Source: a bacterium
Lineage (GTDB): Bacteria > Orphanbacterota > Orphanbacteria > Orphanbacterales > Orphanbacteraceae
NCBI GenBank assembly: GCA_025782575.1
Contig: JALGYY010000035.1
Location: 20,670-84,669, forward strand
Direction of reading: 5' to 3'
DNA: 64,000 bases
Made by a program: the position numbers and the translations under genes. Positions 17,185-26,119 of the stretch are shown one piece after another; the stretch's first letter is position 1; the number at the start of each line of letters is the position of its first letter. Under the pieces are notes generated by a model, which worked only from the letters and a program-made list of their open reading frames with translations, was not told where the DNA came from and made no database searches.

Positions 17185-20100
17185 ATGAAGACAGTGTCAA
17201 AGGGACCGAAACGAGCGCCGGTCATCGCCATCTTGAGTTATAATCGGGTGAAACTGCTCCGAAAGTGCATCGAGAGCATTTTCGCCAACACGAGCGCCGA
17301 CTACCGAATCTGCGTGGTGGACCAGGCTTCCACCGACGGTACGCGAAACTATCTGAAGAAACTGGGTGACCGGATCGATCATATGGCCACCGACGAGAAT
17401 CACGGCTTCGTCGATGGAAACAATCTCGTCATGGAGGAGTACGCCGAAAGCGACGTCGTACTCCTGAACAATGACACGGAAGTTCAGCCCGGCTGGCTCA
17501 CGGCTCTGGTCGATCGTGCCTATTCTGATCCGACGATCGGAGTGGTCGGGGCTAAACTGATCTATCCGGACGGGCTCCTGCAGGCAGCCGGATGTGAGAT
17601 CTTTTCTGACGCTTCGGGTCGGGAAATCGGCAAGTACGACGATCCCTCTCGTTTTATTTACAACCAGACCGCCGACGTTGACTACTGTTCGGGTGCTTGC
17701 TTGTACGTGAAGCGTGAGACTCTGAATCAAACAGGGTTCTTCGACACACAATACGCGCCGGCCTACTGGGAGGATACCGACCTCTGCTTCGCCGCTCGTG
17801 ACGCGGGCTATCGGGTGGTCTACGAACCACAGTCGGTCGTCGTTCATCACGAGGGGGGGAGCTTCGGCTCGGCCCATGCCCAATCCCGTTCAAGCGAACT
17901 TCAAGATCGAAACAGACCGAAATTCATCAAGAAATGGTCCAGCGCGCTTGCTGCGCAACGAGACAGTATCTATCGCATCCCCGGGCAGGAAGGGAAGGAG
18001 AAGATCCTCGTCATCCTGCCGTTCCTCCCGCTTTACGATCGAGCTGCGGGAGAGATGCGCTGGTTCCATACTCTGAAACTGTTAACGAAACGCTATCAGG
18101 TCGTCTTCCTTGCACGAAACGGGCAGGACGGCATCAAGTACATCAATCCCCTCGAGAAGATGGGCATTACCGTATTCCATACCGATCAGGAGCGGCTCCG
18201 CCAGCTCGGGACTGAAATGACAGGGCCCGTCTGGATCGATTTTCCCGCCTTGCTGCAAGCGAATGATTTCAAGGCGGTAATCGTCGGCTTCTATCATGTG
18301 GCCGCCCAGTACTACAAGGATATCAGGCAGTTTTCTCCTGAAGCGAAACTGATTGTCGATTCATTCGATGTAGCCTTCCTGCGCGAAAGGCGCCGGGCGG
18401 AGATCACAGGCAAGGACGAGGACCTCTGGCATGCGGAGGAAGTGCGGCGGATTGAACTGGGATGGTACGAAAAGTTCGACATGGTTCTCACGGTTACCGA
18501 AGAAGACCGAGACATTCTTCTAAAGGAGAACCGGTCCCTGGCAATCGGTATCTCGACAGATATTCATCCCGTTCCGGAAGGAGAATGGACACCGGGGCGG
18601 CATGATCTCGTTTACATCGGAAACTTCAAGCATCAGCCCAACGAAGATGCCGTCCTCTATTTTGCTGAAGAGGTCCTCCCGAAGATTCACGAGGAGATCC
18701 CGGACGCCCGGTTTCTCATTGTCGGCAATGCGCCGACCAAGAAGATCAAAGCATTGGCAGGCGACCGCGTTGTGGTTACCGGATTCGTCCCCGATATCGT
18801 TCCCTACCTCCGGCGGGCGGCTGTCTGTGTCGTCCCTCTTCGATACGGAGCCGGGCTGAAAGGCAAGGTCGGCCAGGCGATGGCAGCGGGCTGTCCCCAG
18901 GTCATGACTTCGATCGGTGCAGAGGGGATGGGCATCGTCCACGAAAGAGACGCTCTGATCGCCAATGGTGCGAATGAATTTGCTCGAGAGACGATTCGAC
19001 TCTATCAGGATCCCGCCATGCAGGAGAAGATCGCCCGGAATGCCAGACAACTGGTGGCCGATCGATACAGCTATGAGAAAGCGGCGGAGTATTGGGAGGA
19101 AGTGTTCGAGTTCATCGAGAACAAGACACCGCCGGAAATTAGCAGGCTGGAGGAGAAAAAGATATCCGGAACAGGATATCTCCGCCTGGCGGAGAGCCGG
19201 TCGATCGTCCCCCGGGTAAGTATCATCATTCCCGTACTCGACAATCTCTCCCTCACTACGAGCTGCTGGACGAGTATTCGCAAGAACACGCGAATTCCGT
19301 ATGAGCTCTTGATCATCGACAACGGCTCCACAGAACCCATCGCTCTCGATGCAACCCTGAACAACTATCGTTGCATTCGAAACGATACGAATCTCGGGTT
19401 CGCCGCGGCGATCAATCAGGGTATTCGAAACAGCCAGGGAGAGTACGTCGTTCTCCTGAATAACGACACGGTCGTCACGCCCGGTTGGCTGGAGAGCATG
19501 ATCAAACACATCGACAGGGATTCGACGATCGGCATCGTCGCCCCCCTCACCAACTACGCCAATACGGAGCAACGAATTCCGGTTGACTACCATGACGAGA
19601 AGGAGCTTTACCGGTTCAGCAGCAAACTGGCCAAACGGAACCGTGGACAGAGCAGACAGCTTCGGAAGGTGATCGGGATGTGTATGGTAATTCCGCGGCG
19701 GGTGATCGAAGAAATCGGGCTCTTCGATGAGCGCTTCGGTATCGGGAATTTCGAGGATGATGATTTTTGCCTCCGGGCCCGGTTGGCGGGATACAAAGTA
19801 GTCTGTGCGCAGGATTCCTATATCCATCATGAGGGAGGCAAGACCTTCGAAAGAATCGATTTGGACTATGCGGCTCTTCTCAAGACCAACTCAGAAATCT
19901 ATATGAAGAAATGGGCTCCCGTTCTTTCCAGAAGCTCGAACCAGGAGGAGCCCGAGGTTGCGCCACTTACGACGATTCTCTATCAGGATAATGGATCATT
20001 GGTACCTGAGGAGATTCAGTCCACCCTGGAGGATCTCCCCGCCGGTACGGATCTCAGAATTCTCTGCACGGATGAGTCGAAGTTCTCCGTCTTTCAAGAC

Positions 20101-21090
20101 AGCAAGATCCCGATCGACAACGTCCCCGCGGGAGATTTCTATGGCCGCCTCGACGAGATCATCCGATCGTGCCGGTCCCCGTTTATTATGCTGCTTTCTA
20201 CTTCAATCAAAGGTGAGAAGGGATGGTTCGACCAGATGCTCGAACTGGCCGAGGCACGGCAATCCTTCGGTATGATCCTCCCGAAGACGGATGACTTCGA
20301 AGGACACTGTCTCCTGATCAAGAGAAGCGATTATCTCACGGCAGGCGGATTCTCAACTCTCTTCCATTCTGCGGCCGGGTGGGCCGATCTCGCGGGTCGC
20401 ATGGAAGCCGGGGGATCACCCACGAGCATCGCTCGCGGAGCGAAGGTTGCGTATACCGGCGGTCCCGACGGGTTCTCACGGATCGATGGCCGGGAGCGCA
20501 AGGCGGTAACCCGTCTGCATGAGGCTGCGGGCCATTTCGCATCGGGAGACAACGCGAGCGCGGAAAGCTGCATACGTGAATCGCTCGCCTTCAAGCCGGA
20601 CTACACGTCCGCTCTCCATCTTCGGGCCGCTCTTCATATAGCGGCATCCGAACCGGGCCTCGCCGAGTCCGATCTCGCCGAGATACTCAGGATCGAGCCG
20701 AATGACTGCCGTGCCCTTAACGCCCTCGGTTGTCTCGCCTTCAATCAGGGGAGTACAGGTGAAGCCGAGAAGCGCTTCCTGGAAGCCTTGGTGCATGAAC
20801 CGAAGAACAGCGACGTTCTGCGGAACCTGGCCGATATTTACTTCGGACGTGGAGCGATCGTCCAGGCGATGACGCTATACGGCCGTCTGGTCGAACAGGA
20901 TCCCGACAATACGGAAACGTATCTGGCCCTCGGCGCCTGGTTCGAGGAGTTGGGGGAGTGGGAGGGAGCGGCAGACTGGTACAGGCAGGCTCTTCGCGTA
21001 GATGAGACGTGCGACGGGGCGAGCGAGCGACTCGCGGCGATCACCGCCGCGGGTGCAGGCAGCAACACCGGCTCGAGCCATGTCCACTAG
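17185..21090 (+). CDS. Multidomain glycosyltransferase GT2-GT4-GT2-(degenerate GT2)-TPR
   Basis: Two GT2 domains (VDQAS/IDNGS, LLNND, ED.D.C), a GT4 domain (G.F.H.PN, PLRYGAG.KGKV), C-terminal TPR-like repeats. Confidence 0.92.
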   Translation: MKTVSKGPKRAPVIAILSYNRVKLLRKCIESIFANTSADYRICVVDQASTDGTRNYLKKLGDRIDHMATDENHGFVDGNNLVMEEYAESDVVLLNNDTEVQPGWLTALVDRAYSDPTIGVVGAKLIYPDGLLQAAGCEIFSDASGREIGKYDDPSRFIYNQTADVDYCSGACLYVKRETLNQTGFFDTQYAPAYWEDTDLCFAARDAGYRVVYEPQSVVVHHEGGSFGSAHAQSRSSELQDRNRPKFIKKWSSALAAQRDSIYRIPGQEGKEKILVILPFLPLYDRAAGEMRWFHTLKLLTKRYQVVFLARNGQDGIKYINPLEKMGITVFHTDQERLRQLGTEMTGPVWIDFPALLQANDFKAVIVGFYHVAAQYYKDIRQFSPEAKLIVDSFDVAFLRERRRAEITGKDEDLWHAEEVRRIELGWYEKFDMVLTVTEEDRDILLKENRSLAIGISTDIHPVPEGEWTPGRHDLVYIGNFKHQPNEDAVLYFAEEVLPKIHEEIPDARFLIVGNAPTKKIKALAGDRVVVTGFVPDIVPYLRRAAVCVVPLRYGAGLKGKVGQAMAAGCPQVMTSIGAEGMGIVHERDALIANGANEFARETIRLYQDPAMQEKIARNARQLVADRYSYEKAAEYWEEVFEFIENKTPPEISRLEEKKISGTGYLRLAESRSIVPRVSIIIPVLDNLSLTTSCWTSIRKNTRIPYELLIIDNGSTEPIALDATLNNYRCIRNDTNLGFAAAINQGIRNSQGEYVVLLNNDTVVTPGWLESMIKHIDRDSTIGIVAPLTNYANTEQRIPVDYHDEKELYRFSSKLAKRNRGQSRQLRKVIGMCMVIPRRVIEEIGLFDERFGIGNFEDDDFCLRARLAGYKVVCAQDSYIHHEGGKTFERIDLDYAALLKTNSEIYMKKWAPVLSRSSNQEEPEVAPLTTILYQDNGSLVPEEIQSTLEDLPAGTDLRILCTDESKFSVFQDSKIPIDNVPAGDFYGRLDEIIRSCRSPFIMLLSTSIKGEKGWFDQMLELAEARQSFGMILPKTDDFEGHCLLIKRSDYLTAGGFSTLFHSAAGWADLAGRMEAGGSPTSIARGAKVAYTGGPDGFSRIDGRERKAVTRLHEAAGHFASGDNASAESCIRESLAFKPDYTSALHLRAALHIAASEPGLAESDLAEILRIEPNDCRALNALGCLAFNQGSTGEAEKRFLEALVHEPKNSDVLRNLADIYFGRGAIVQAMTLYGRLVEQDPDNTETYLALGAWFEELGEWEGAADWYRQALRVDETCDGASERLAAITAAGAGSNTGSSHVH

Positions 21091-22585
21091 GCACTCGCTC
21101 TCTGTCTGCTATATCGCGAAGAATGAATCGGACAACCTCGCTCGATCGATCGCCTCGATTGCCTCGGTCGCCGATGAGATTATCGTCGCCGACACAGGAT
21201 CGTGCGACGGAACACAGGATCTTGCCCGCAGTCTTGGAGCGAGGTTGATCGATATTCAGTGGACGGATGACTTTTCCCAGGCGAGAAACGCGTCACTCGA
21301 AGCGGCGAGCGGCGACTGGGTACTTTGCCTGGACGGAGACGAACGATTTGAAACAGGGCAGAACAAAACTCTCCGACGTCTGATCCGTCCGGGGGGGGGA
21401 GGGGGAGGAGACGCCTACACCGTCTGTCTCGTGAGCCGACTGGCAGGTGATCAGACCGGACAGGTCTACGAACATCTTTATCCCCGCCTGTTTCGAAACC
21501 GTCCTTCTTATCGATTCCGGGGCCGGGTTCATGAGCAGATCGGTCCTTCCATCATGCAGGCGGGAGGCAAAATCAAGCCGTCCGGACTTCGCATCGATCA
21601 TACAGGCTACACTCTTCAAGGTGACGCCCGTCTTGCGAAATCAAGAAGAAACCTAACTCTTCTTCTTCTCGATGAGAATGACAATCCCCATGACGGCCTC
21701 ATTCAATATCATTTAGGGGAGACCTATTCCGTTCTCTCCGACAACGTCCGCGCGGTCCTTGCCTATGAAAATGCGATACGGTCCGGCGAACTGAGTATGA
21801 ATCACATGTCGTTCGCCCATCAGAATCTGGCAGCAGCCGAGAACAAGTTGGGAAACCATCGGGAAGCGGAGGAACACGCTCGCCAGGCGATTCGCATCGA
21901 CCGGACAGCCGGCCCCGCCTACCTGATCCTTGCTTCCGCCCTCATTCGCCTCGGAAGCTATGATGAAGCGGTCCGCGCCGCCGATCGCCACCTGAAAGTG
22001 AAGCCCGGCGCGCATGCAGCCGTTCGCTTCCGTCCGGATCCTGCCAAGGCCTGGTTTCTTAAAGGGGAGGCTCTTCTCCGCGGAAAGCGGGTCGACGAGG
22101 CACTCGAATCGGCCGAAAAATCGGTTCACGCCGCTCCCGGGCTTGCGGCGGGGTACCGGCTTCGAGCAAGGGTCCATATTGCAACTGGAGAGGCTCTGAG
22201 GGCAGAGGCCGACTGGAAGAAGGCCCTCTCTATCGATCCGCGTGATCCGACCACGTGGCAGGCGCTCCTGACCCTCCAGACAAGAAGCGGCACACCGGCC
22301 GCCCTTCTTTCAACAGCCGATCGAGCGGTCGCGGCCACCGGCCATCCGTCGCTTTTCGAGATTCAGGCCTCGCTCCGGCTTCAATCGGGCGATCAGACAG
22401 GTGCGATTCAGAGTTTCGAGTCCGCGCTCCGCGGATCGTCCGACCCGGCCCGGATCCACAGGCTTCTTGCCGGGCTTCACCACCGGAACGGCCACGCGGA
22501 ACGCGCCCGCTATCATTTCGATCAGATCAACCAGATTGTCTCCTCTACGGTCATCCCTTCCCACGAGCATCAAAAAACTCCGTAA
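21080..22585 (+). CDS. GT2 glycosyltransferase with TPR repeats (flagellin glycosyltransferase-like)
   Basis: LSVC.IAKNE, DTGS.D.T, W.DDFS.ARN, LDGDE, G.VHEQ, I.HTGY, then TPRs; immediately upstream of fliC. Confidence 0.9.
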   Translation: MSTRHSLSVCYIAKNESDNLARSIASIASVADEIIVADTGSCDGTQDLARSLGARLIDIQWTDDFSQARNASLEAASGDWVLCLDGDERFETGQNKTLRRLIRPGGGGGGDAYTVCLVSRLAGDQTGQVYEHLYPRLFRNRPSYRFRGRVHEQIGPSIMQAGGKIKPSGLRIDHTGYTLQGDARLAKSRRNLTLLLLDENDNPHDGLIQYHLGETYSVLSDNVRAVLAYENAIRSGELSMNHMSFAHQNLAAAENKLGNHREAEEHARQAIRIDRTAGPAYLILASALIRLGSYDEAVRAADRHLKVKPGAHAAVRFRPDPAKAWFLKGEALLRGKRVDEALESAEKSVHAAPGLAAGYRLRARVHIATGEALRAEADWKKALSIDPRDPTTWQALLTLQTRSGTPAALLSTADRAVAATGHPSLFEIQASLRLQSGDQTGAIQSFESALRGSSDPARIHRLLAGLHHRNGHAERARYHFDQINQIVSSTVIPSHEHQKTP

Positions 22586-22600
22586 ACCACGCGCCAGGGG

Positions 22601-22627
22601 TCAAGTTCTCCCTCTCTCTTGCGATTA
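22601..22627 (+). promoter_or_regulatory. Sigma-28 promoter of fliC
   Basis: TCAAGTTC-N11-TGCGATTA, compared with consensus TAAAGTTT-N11-GCCGATAA. Confidence 0.65.
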
Positions 22628-22645
22628 GATCTACAGAAGAAGATT

Positions 22646-22743
22646 CATAGGGAATCACCGGTTGCTCACGGATGAATAACCGACACAGTGCGGCAGGGAC
22701 GCCAAGAGAACTTCGTGAGATTTCACGAAAGGAGAATGCGGAA
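22646..22743 (+). promoter_or_regulatory. fliC leader with candidate CsrA-binding GGA hairpins
   Basis: TCA-CGGA-TGA mini-hairpin (22666-22675), GGC-AGGGAC-GCC, AAGGAG SD; csrA/fliW nearby; same arrangement as Bacillus hag regulation. Confidence 0.55.
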
Positions 22744-23586
22744 ATGGCCGGTGCCGATCTTTCTAGGATTAACACAAACGTAGCCGCCCTGAATGCGCTG
22801 AAAGCCCTCCGGGACACTAACCAGAAACTTGCTATCCACCAGCTGCGCCTCGCGACCGGTAAGCGTATCAACAGCGCCGGCGAGGATCCGGCGGGTCTCG
22901 TCTTCGCCAAGCGTCTCGAGTCACGTGCCCGCGGCCTTGCCGTTGCACGGGACAACGTAGGTGATGTTCAGAATCTGCTTTCCACCGCTGAAGGCGGCGC
23001 GCAGAGCATCAGCGAGATTCTTCTCACAATGAAAGAGAAGATCCTGCAGGCAGCGAATGATACGCTGGGAACTGAAGAGCGGGCCGCGGTCGAATCGCAG
23101 CTCGATGACCTCGCCGCGGAAATTGACGATATTGTCGGCGCCACACTCTGGGGGGGCCAGCAGCTCCTGGACGGCTCCTTCACCGGGAAGCAGTTCCAGG
23201 TCGGTGAGCGGGCAGCCGATACGATGAGCTTCGGTGTCACCCAGAACCACGGTGCTGCGACGCTCGCCGTCGCCGACTCTGATCTCGACGTCAGCAGCGC
23301 GGCGACTTCGTCGACCGCTCTCTCCAATGTCAATACCGCAATCAACACGATCAACACGAGCCTCCAGAATCTGGGGTCGACCCAGCTCCGTGTGGGGATC
23401 AAAGAGGCGAACATCTCCGTGTCGATCAACAACCAGCTTGCGGCTCATAACCGGATCTTTAACGCCGATATGGCCGCCGAGCAGATCGAGCTCTTGAAAA
23501 ACTCCCTCCTGCAGCAGTCGGCGACCGCGATGCTCTCCCAGGCAAACCTCGCGCCGCAATCGGTGTTGCAGCTGATTCTGGGATAA
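22744..23586 (+). CDS. fliC: Flagellin (minimal, 280 aa)
   Basis: RINTN.AALNA, RLATGKRINSA.EDPAG, FQVG, RI..AD.A.E, QQSATAML.QAN..PQ.VL.L; ATG after AAGGAG. Confidence 0.97.
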   Translation: MAGADLSRINTNVAALNALKALRDTNQKLAIHQLRLATGKRINSAGEDPAGLVFAKRLESRARGLAVARDNVGDVQNLLSTAEGGAQSISEILLTMKEKILQAANDTLGTEERAAVESQLDDLAAEIDDIVGATLWGGQQLLDGSFTGKQFQVGERAADTMSFGVTQNHGAATLAVADSDLDVSSAATSSTALSNVNTAINTINTSLQNLGSTQLRVGIKEANISVSINNQLAAHNRIFNADMAAEQIELLKNSLLQQSATAMLSQANLAPQSVLQLILG

Positions 23587-23602
23587 TTAGCCGGATAGTC
23601 CG

Positions 23603-23632
23603 CCCGGAGGGGGTTTTCCCCCTCCGGGTTCC
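23603..23632 (+). terminator. Strong hairpin after fliC (terminator or mRNA-stabilising stem)
   Basis: Perfect 11-bp stem CCCGGAGGGGG-TTTT-CCCCCTCCGGG; U-tail is short. Confidence 0.75.
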
Positions 23633-23672
23633 CCCTTATCTCGAGCGACATAAAGGCCGATATAAGGAGTAG

Positions 23673-24053
23673 GTGCAGACCATGAAAGAGGGACCGATGA
23701 CATTACAAGGAAACGTATTGCCAGGTGAGGCGGCCGAAGCCTACGGCACTTCCGCGATTGAAGGGGCCACGCCCGGCCGGCTCGTACTCCAGACGTACGA
23801 CCATATTATCAAGTGCTGCCGGAAAAAGGACGTCGGGAGAGGAAAGAAAGGTCTGGTCGAGCTGCAGAGCGCGCTGAACCTGGACTACCTCGAAATCTCC
23901 GGCCCTCTCTATCGCATCTATGAATACTGCACCGACCGCCTGCGAGATGAAAAATTCGCAGAAGTGGCACAAGTAATGACCGACCTTCGCTCATCCTGGT
24001 CCAAGATCGTGAGGATCTCCGAGAGGGGTGGCGGGGGGAACAGCGAAGGCTGA
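23673..24053 (+). CDS. fliS: Flagellin chaperone FliS
   Basis: AY......ATP..LV...YD, L.EL...LN, L..IY.Y, LR..W; start could be 23682 or 23697. Confidence 0.88.
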   Translation: MQTMKEGPMTLQGNVLPGEAAEAYGTSAIEGATPGRLVLQTYDHIIKCCRKKDVGRGKKGLVELQSALNLDYLEISGPLYRIYEYCTDRLRDEKFAEVAQVMTDLRSSWSKIVRISERGGGGNSEG

Positions 24054-24058
24054 CCGGG

Positions 24059-25477
24059 ATGATTGAATTTCAATCCATACGATCTGCTGAACTGAACCAG
24101 TTCCTGGAAGTCTTTCAGGCACGGTCGACGTTTCAGCTGGATTCGGTCAAGAGCCTTCGAGACGCGCTGGAACTGAAGACCACGATCTATAACGATCTGA
24201 AGACCAAGCTCAAGGCCCTGAAAAAAATGACGGACGACTTCTCCCAGACGGGTAGTCTTTCCGCATTCGGGGCGAAGACCGTATCGGTGAGCGACGAGTC
24301 GATCCTGCGGATCTCCGCGGGCGGCGGTTCCTCGGCATTGTCTCACTCGATTCACGTCGATCAGCTCGCAAGGGCTCACTCCGTACTCTCTGACCGATAC
24401 ACACAGACCGGTACAGAGTTGAGCGCGGCTCATGCCGGCACCAAGAATTTCTCGATCACAGTAGATGGAACACAGTACGACGTCAGCGTGGTCATCAATT
24501 CGGGCGACGACAATCAGACTGTTCTGAAATCCGTCGTCGACGCGATCAATGCCGTGGACGACATCGAAGCGGTCGGATCCAGCATCAACGACACCGATAC
24601 GACGACGAAATTGTCCATCACGAGTGAGGAGACCGGGACGAAGAATAAAATGACGTTCACGGACACCGACGGCCTTCTCGCTTCACTCGGAGTGACCAAT
24701 ACATCGGCCGCGACGGATACGGCCGGTGGGTACATCTACCAGGACTCCGGCGGAAGCGAGTTGGACGCCAAGCTCACCGTGGACGGCATCAATATCGTTC
24801 GCTCGAGCAACACCCTGACCGATGTGGTCGCAGGGGCGACTCTGGAGCTTCTCGGAGCCCAGGAGGCGACAGACCCTGACGTATCGGTAAGTATTGCGGT
24901 CGACACTGAAGCGATTACCGCCAAAGTGCAGGAATTCCTTGATGCATTTAATGATGCCCATGGATATATCACAGCCAAAGTCAACGTCGATCCGACCACT
25001 TATGCACGCGGCGACCTTGCCGGAGACTCTCCTTACGTTAATCTCTGGCAGAATCTCCGCTCATCCATGGCGAATTCAGTCCCGAGCTCCTCGAGCGAGG
25101 TTTTCTCGGCCCTTTCCCAGATCGGGATCACCTCCGGAGCGACCGGGAATTTTTCGATTACCAATACGTCCAATTTCGATGATGCCCTGAACGAGAATCT
25201 GGACGCCGTTGAAGCACTGTTCAACGCATCTGACGGCATCGCTGTCCGACTCGAAGAGCTCCTGGATAACTACACGGATGTCAGCGGGATCATCGACTCG
25301 AGTAAGAATTCCGTAACCGACAGGGTCGATCTTCTGGACAATAAGATCGACCGGCTTGAGCGACTCCAGGCAATGGAGGAGAAGCGCCTGATCGAACAGT
25401 ATGGCGCGATCCAGGAGGCCACGATTTTGAATCAGTCGATTCTCCAGATGGTGAATAGCCTGTATTCAGGATTCTAA
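24059..25477 (+). CDS. fliD: Flagellar filament cap FliD
   Basis: V.QLA.AH, L.ITS.ETG, DA...VDG....SSN, FV/FL.A.N, L..IGI; lies beside fliC and fliS. Confidence 0.92.
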   Translation: MIEFQSIRSAELNQFLEVFQARSTFQLDSVKSLRDALELKTTIYNDLKTKLKALKKMTDDFSQTGSLSAFGAKTVSVSDESILRISAGGGSSALSHSIHVDQLARAHSVLSDRYTQTGTELSAAHAGTKNFSITVDGTQYDVSVVINSGDDNQTVLKSVVDAINAVDDIEAVGSSINDTDTTTKLSITSEETGTKNKMTFTDTDGLLASLGVTNTSAATDTAGGYIYQDSGGSELDAKLTVDGINIVRSSNTLTDVVAGATLELLGAQEATDPDVSVSIAVDTEAITAKVQEFLDAFNDAHGYITAKVNVDPTTYARGDLAGDSPYVNLWQNLRSSMANSVPSSSSEVFSALSQIGITSGATGNFSITNTSNFDDALNENLDAVEALFNASDGIAVRLEELLDNYTDVSGIIDSSKNSVTDRVDLLDNKIDRLERLQAMEEKRLIEQYGAIQEATILNQSILQMVNSLYSGF

Positions 25478-25509
25478 CGTGGCCATGCGAAAGGAGAAGG
25501 GGGGGTGAC

Positions 25510-25812
25510 ATGAGAATCGAATCAGGAGCACCCATCCAACCCTCGGGAAGAGGGGACAAAGCGACGAACGATCGAAAGGTCGAGAAGCGCGCCGAGAAGA
25601 AGAGTGATCGTGACTCGGTCCAGATCTCGCCTGAAGCGCGAAGCCTGCATGATGGGAGCATCATCAGCAAGAGTGCGGCGCGCGTTTCCGATTCCGCTCT
25701 TGACGAGAGCAGAATCTCCGAGATCAGAGAGCGCCTGGAATCGGGTTACTACGATTCCAAAGAGGTTCTGCTGACCGTGGCCGTCCGTGTCCTCGAAGTC
25801 TTCGGCATTTGA
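25510..25812 (+). CDS. flgM: Anti-sigma-28 factor FlgM
   Basis: D.VQIS.EAR and RI.EIR.R...GYY motifs. Confidence 0.8.
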   Translation: MRIESGAPIQPSGRGDKATNDRKVEKRAEKKSDRDSVQISPEARSLHDGSIISKSAARVSDSALDESRISEIRERLESGYYDSKEVLLTVAVRVLEVFGI

Positions 25813-25845
25813 CGCACCGGACGACTTAAAAGTTTCCGGTCGTCC

Positions 25846-25861
25846 TGGACATCGGTTTGCC
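25846..25861 (+). promoter_or_regulatory. Possible sigma-54 promoter for flbD-motA-motB1-motB2
   Basis: TGGACA-TCGGT-TTGCC keeps GG-N10-GC spacing, about 27 nt before the flbD ATG. Confidence 0.45.
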
Positions 25862-25887
25862 ATCCGGCAAGGAGGCCACGCTGATAC

Positions 25888-26085
25888 ATGATCGTTCTTA
25901 CACATCTCAACGGAAATAAGATCGTGCTTAACGCCGATCTCATCGAGAGCCTCGAGGCGACTCCCGACACGTTGATCACCTTGACCAACGGGAAAAAATT
26001 CCTGGTCAAGGAATCGGTAAATGAGGTTACCGAGAGGATTGAAGCGTATGCGCTGAGAATCCATTGCCACTCCCATGAAGCCTGA
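25888..26085 (+). CDS. flbD: Flagellar protein FlbD (SwrD family)
   Basis: MI.LT.LNG....LNADLIE..E.TPDT.ITL.NG.K..VKES; precedes motA. Confidence 0.93.
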   Translation: MIVLTHLNGNKIVLNADLIESLEATPDTLITLTNGKKFLVKESVNEVTERIEAYALRIHCHSHEA

Positions 26086-26119
26086 ATCCGGCAATTGCCG
26101 ATCCGGAAAGGACTAGAAA

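Noticed and set aside
18520-19830. Long antisense ORFs (also 11851-12756, 45662-46513 and others)
   Set aside because: Shadows of well-supported genes in GC-rich DNA with no recognisable motifs
22672-22743. Upstream ATG extending flagellin by 24 aa
   Set aside because: AAGGAG SD and flagellin homology support 22744; the region fits a regulatory leader
23637-23663. Sigma28 promoter before fliS (GCCGATAT)
   Set aside because: Good -10 but no convincing -35 at the right spacing; not called
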